Assembly: GCA_964539005.1 (NCBI GenBank)
Contig: CAZIGB010000001.1
Coordinates: forward strand, 1-42,390
Direction: 5' to 3'
Source: an uncultured Gammaproteobacteria bacterium
GTDB taxonomy: Bacteria > Patescibacteriota > Patescibacteriia > Patescibacteriales > UBA12075
DNA length: 42,390 bases
The notes under the pieces were generated by a model. It saw only the letters and a program-made list of their open reading frames with translations. It had not been told where the DNA came from and made no database searches. Numbering within the stretch: position 1 is the stretch's first letter; the number at the start of each line of letters is the position of its first letter. Of the stretch, positions 41,647-42,390 are shown piece by piece. The position numbers were made by a program, and so were the translations under genes.

Positions 41647-42237
41647 ATGGAAAACTATACACCAAATCAAACATTTGAAGATTTCCAAACGCAAAAAGAT
41701 CTAATGGAAAGTTTTCTAAAAAAATTTTCTGACAAGGATGACCAAGATGTTAAAAGAATCTCTACAGAACAGATGAAAGAACTAAAAGATAAAGGCATAT
41801 CAACTGAAATTTTTTTAGATTATCTTTGTCAAAAACACGGCTATTTATTACATGGTTCTATTCACGAGATTCCTGGCAACAAACTAAAATCTTCTCAAGG
41901 TAAACTATTTGCTTCAAATAAATCTGCTATTGCCATAATGAAGTCACTATATTCAAACATAAATGTTAACCTTAGTTATCCTTATTTTTTTGACAAAGAT
42001 AATCCACTCGTTTTGAAAATACACACTCCTCCAAATGGCAAATTTATAAGCAAAGAAAATGGTTTTATATACATCATTAATAATAGCGGTTTTCAAAACG
42101 AGCCCGAGGGTTCATGGCAATTTATAAAAAACAATGATGAACAAGAATTTACAATCATTTTAGAAACAGAAAAAGACGATTTCAACTATCCTGTTGAGGT
42201 GTATGAAGATTTACGAACTGATAAAAATAAAAAATAA
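41647..42237 (+). CDS. Hypothetical protein in AT-rich segment
   Basis: 196 aa from MENYTPNQ (the ORF track starts at TTG 41617). Lys/Asn/Ile-rich composition and no recognised motif. Confidence 0.5.
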   Translation: MENYTPNQTFEDFQTQKDLMESFLKKFSDKDDQDVKRISTEQMKELKDKGISTEIFLDYLCQKHGYLLHGSIHEIPGNKLKSSQGKLFASNKSAIAIMKSLYSNINVNLSYPYFFDKDNPLVLKIHTPPNGKFISKENGFIYIINNSGFQNEPEGSWQFIKNNDEQEFTIILETEKDDFNYPVEVYEDLRTDKNKK

Positions 42238-42390
42238 ATTTACCCCTTTATAATAAGGAAAAAATTATTATTACATCATCTAACAACGCGATAAGCGGTT
42301 CAGATGTTTTTACTCTAAAGAATTTAACATCAAGGAGTAAAAAATATCTTCTCCCAAATTTTTATTTCTCTTTTCTTAATTGAATTAACG

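Noticed and set aside
1-42390. Alternative genetic code (UGA recoding, as in some CPR lineages)
   Set aside because: Several well-recognised genes (yebC, truB, the FGE-fold gene, the MFS gene, the methyltransferase) end at TGA with normal protein lengths. ORFs are long and uninterrupted under the standard bacterial code.

Overview
The window looks like a gene-dense, mostly housekeeping stretch of a small bacterial genome. Patescibacteria/CPR is my inference, based on archaeal-type UMP kinase and PGI/PMI, GH57, TrmB-like and NYN genes, and many charged tails on core proteins. The standard genetic code applies, since TGA is used as a stop.

Gene content, left to right:
- The tail of an OmpR-type regulator plus a cytoplasmic multi-PAS histidine kinase.
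- A convergent fpg-rubrerythrin-desulfoferrodoxin oxidative-stress operon.
- A metallophosphoesterase translationally coupled to a secreted FGE/SUMF1-fold protein.
- An orphan 93-aa gene and a TrmB-like regulator.
- A tRNA-Arg / methyltransferase / tRNA-His unit.
- rpsO, a NYN-domain gene and pnp.
- A long minus-strand array: yebC-ruvC-glgA-GH57-APH-like kinase-PHP-(terminator)-P-loop kinase-glgA.
- PGI/PMI, two unknown membrane proteins, tRNA-Glu, tsaD and a DEDDh exonuclease.
- A PLD-MFS pair, archaeal-type pyrH and tRNA-Leu.
- infC-rpmI-rplT-secG, an orphan anchored family-5 solute-binding protein and a second tRNA-Leu.
- RNase J, truB, a GT2 plus polytopic membrane protein pair, a DUF4870-like protein and PEP synthase.
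- An AT-rich terminal segment with an orphan ORF.

I see no CRISPR array, transposase, integrase, reverse transcriptase or recognisable defence system.

The best candidates for something undescribed are all hypotheses:
1. The rpsO-NYN-pnp unit with a long, switch-like pnp leader hairpin.
2. The dual-GlgA/GH57 alpha-glucan island with an embedded kinase/PHP phosphoesterase pair.
3. The translationally coupled PLD-MFS module.
4. Low-complexity charged tails on S15, PNPase, RNase J and PpsA.
5. Intrinsic-terminator-like hairpins placed inside 5' leaders, directly upstream of the GT-C-like gene, rpmI and the tRNA operon.

Promoter-like elements recur as extended -10 boxes (TGnTAnAAT). All coordinates and calls come from reading the sequence by eye. 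Nothing was searched against a database.
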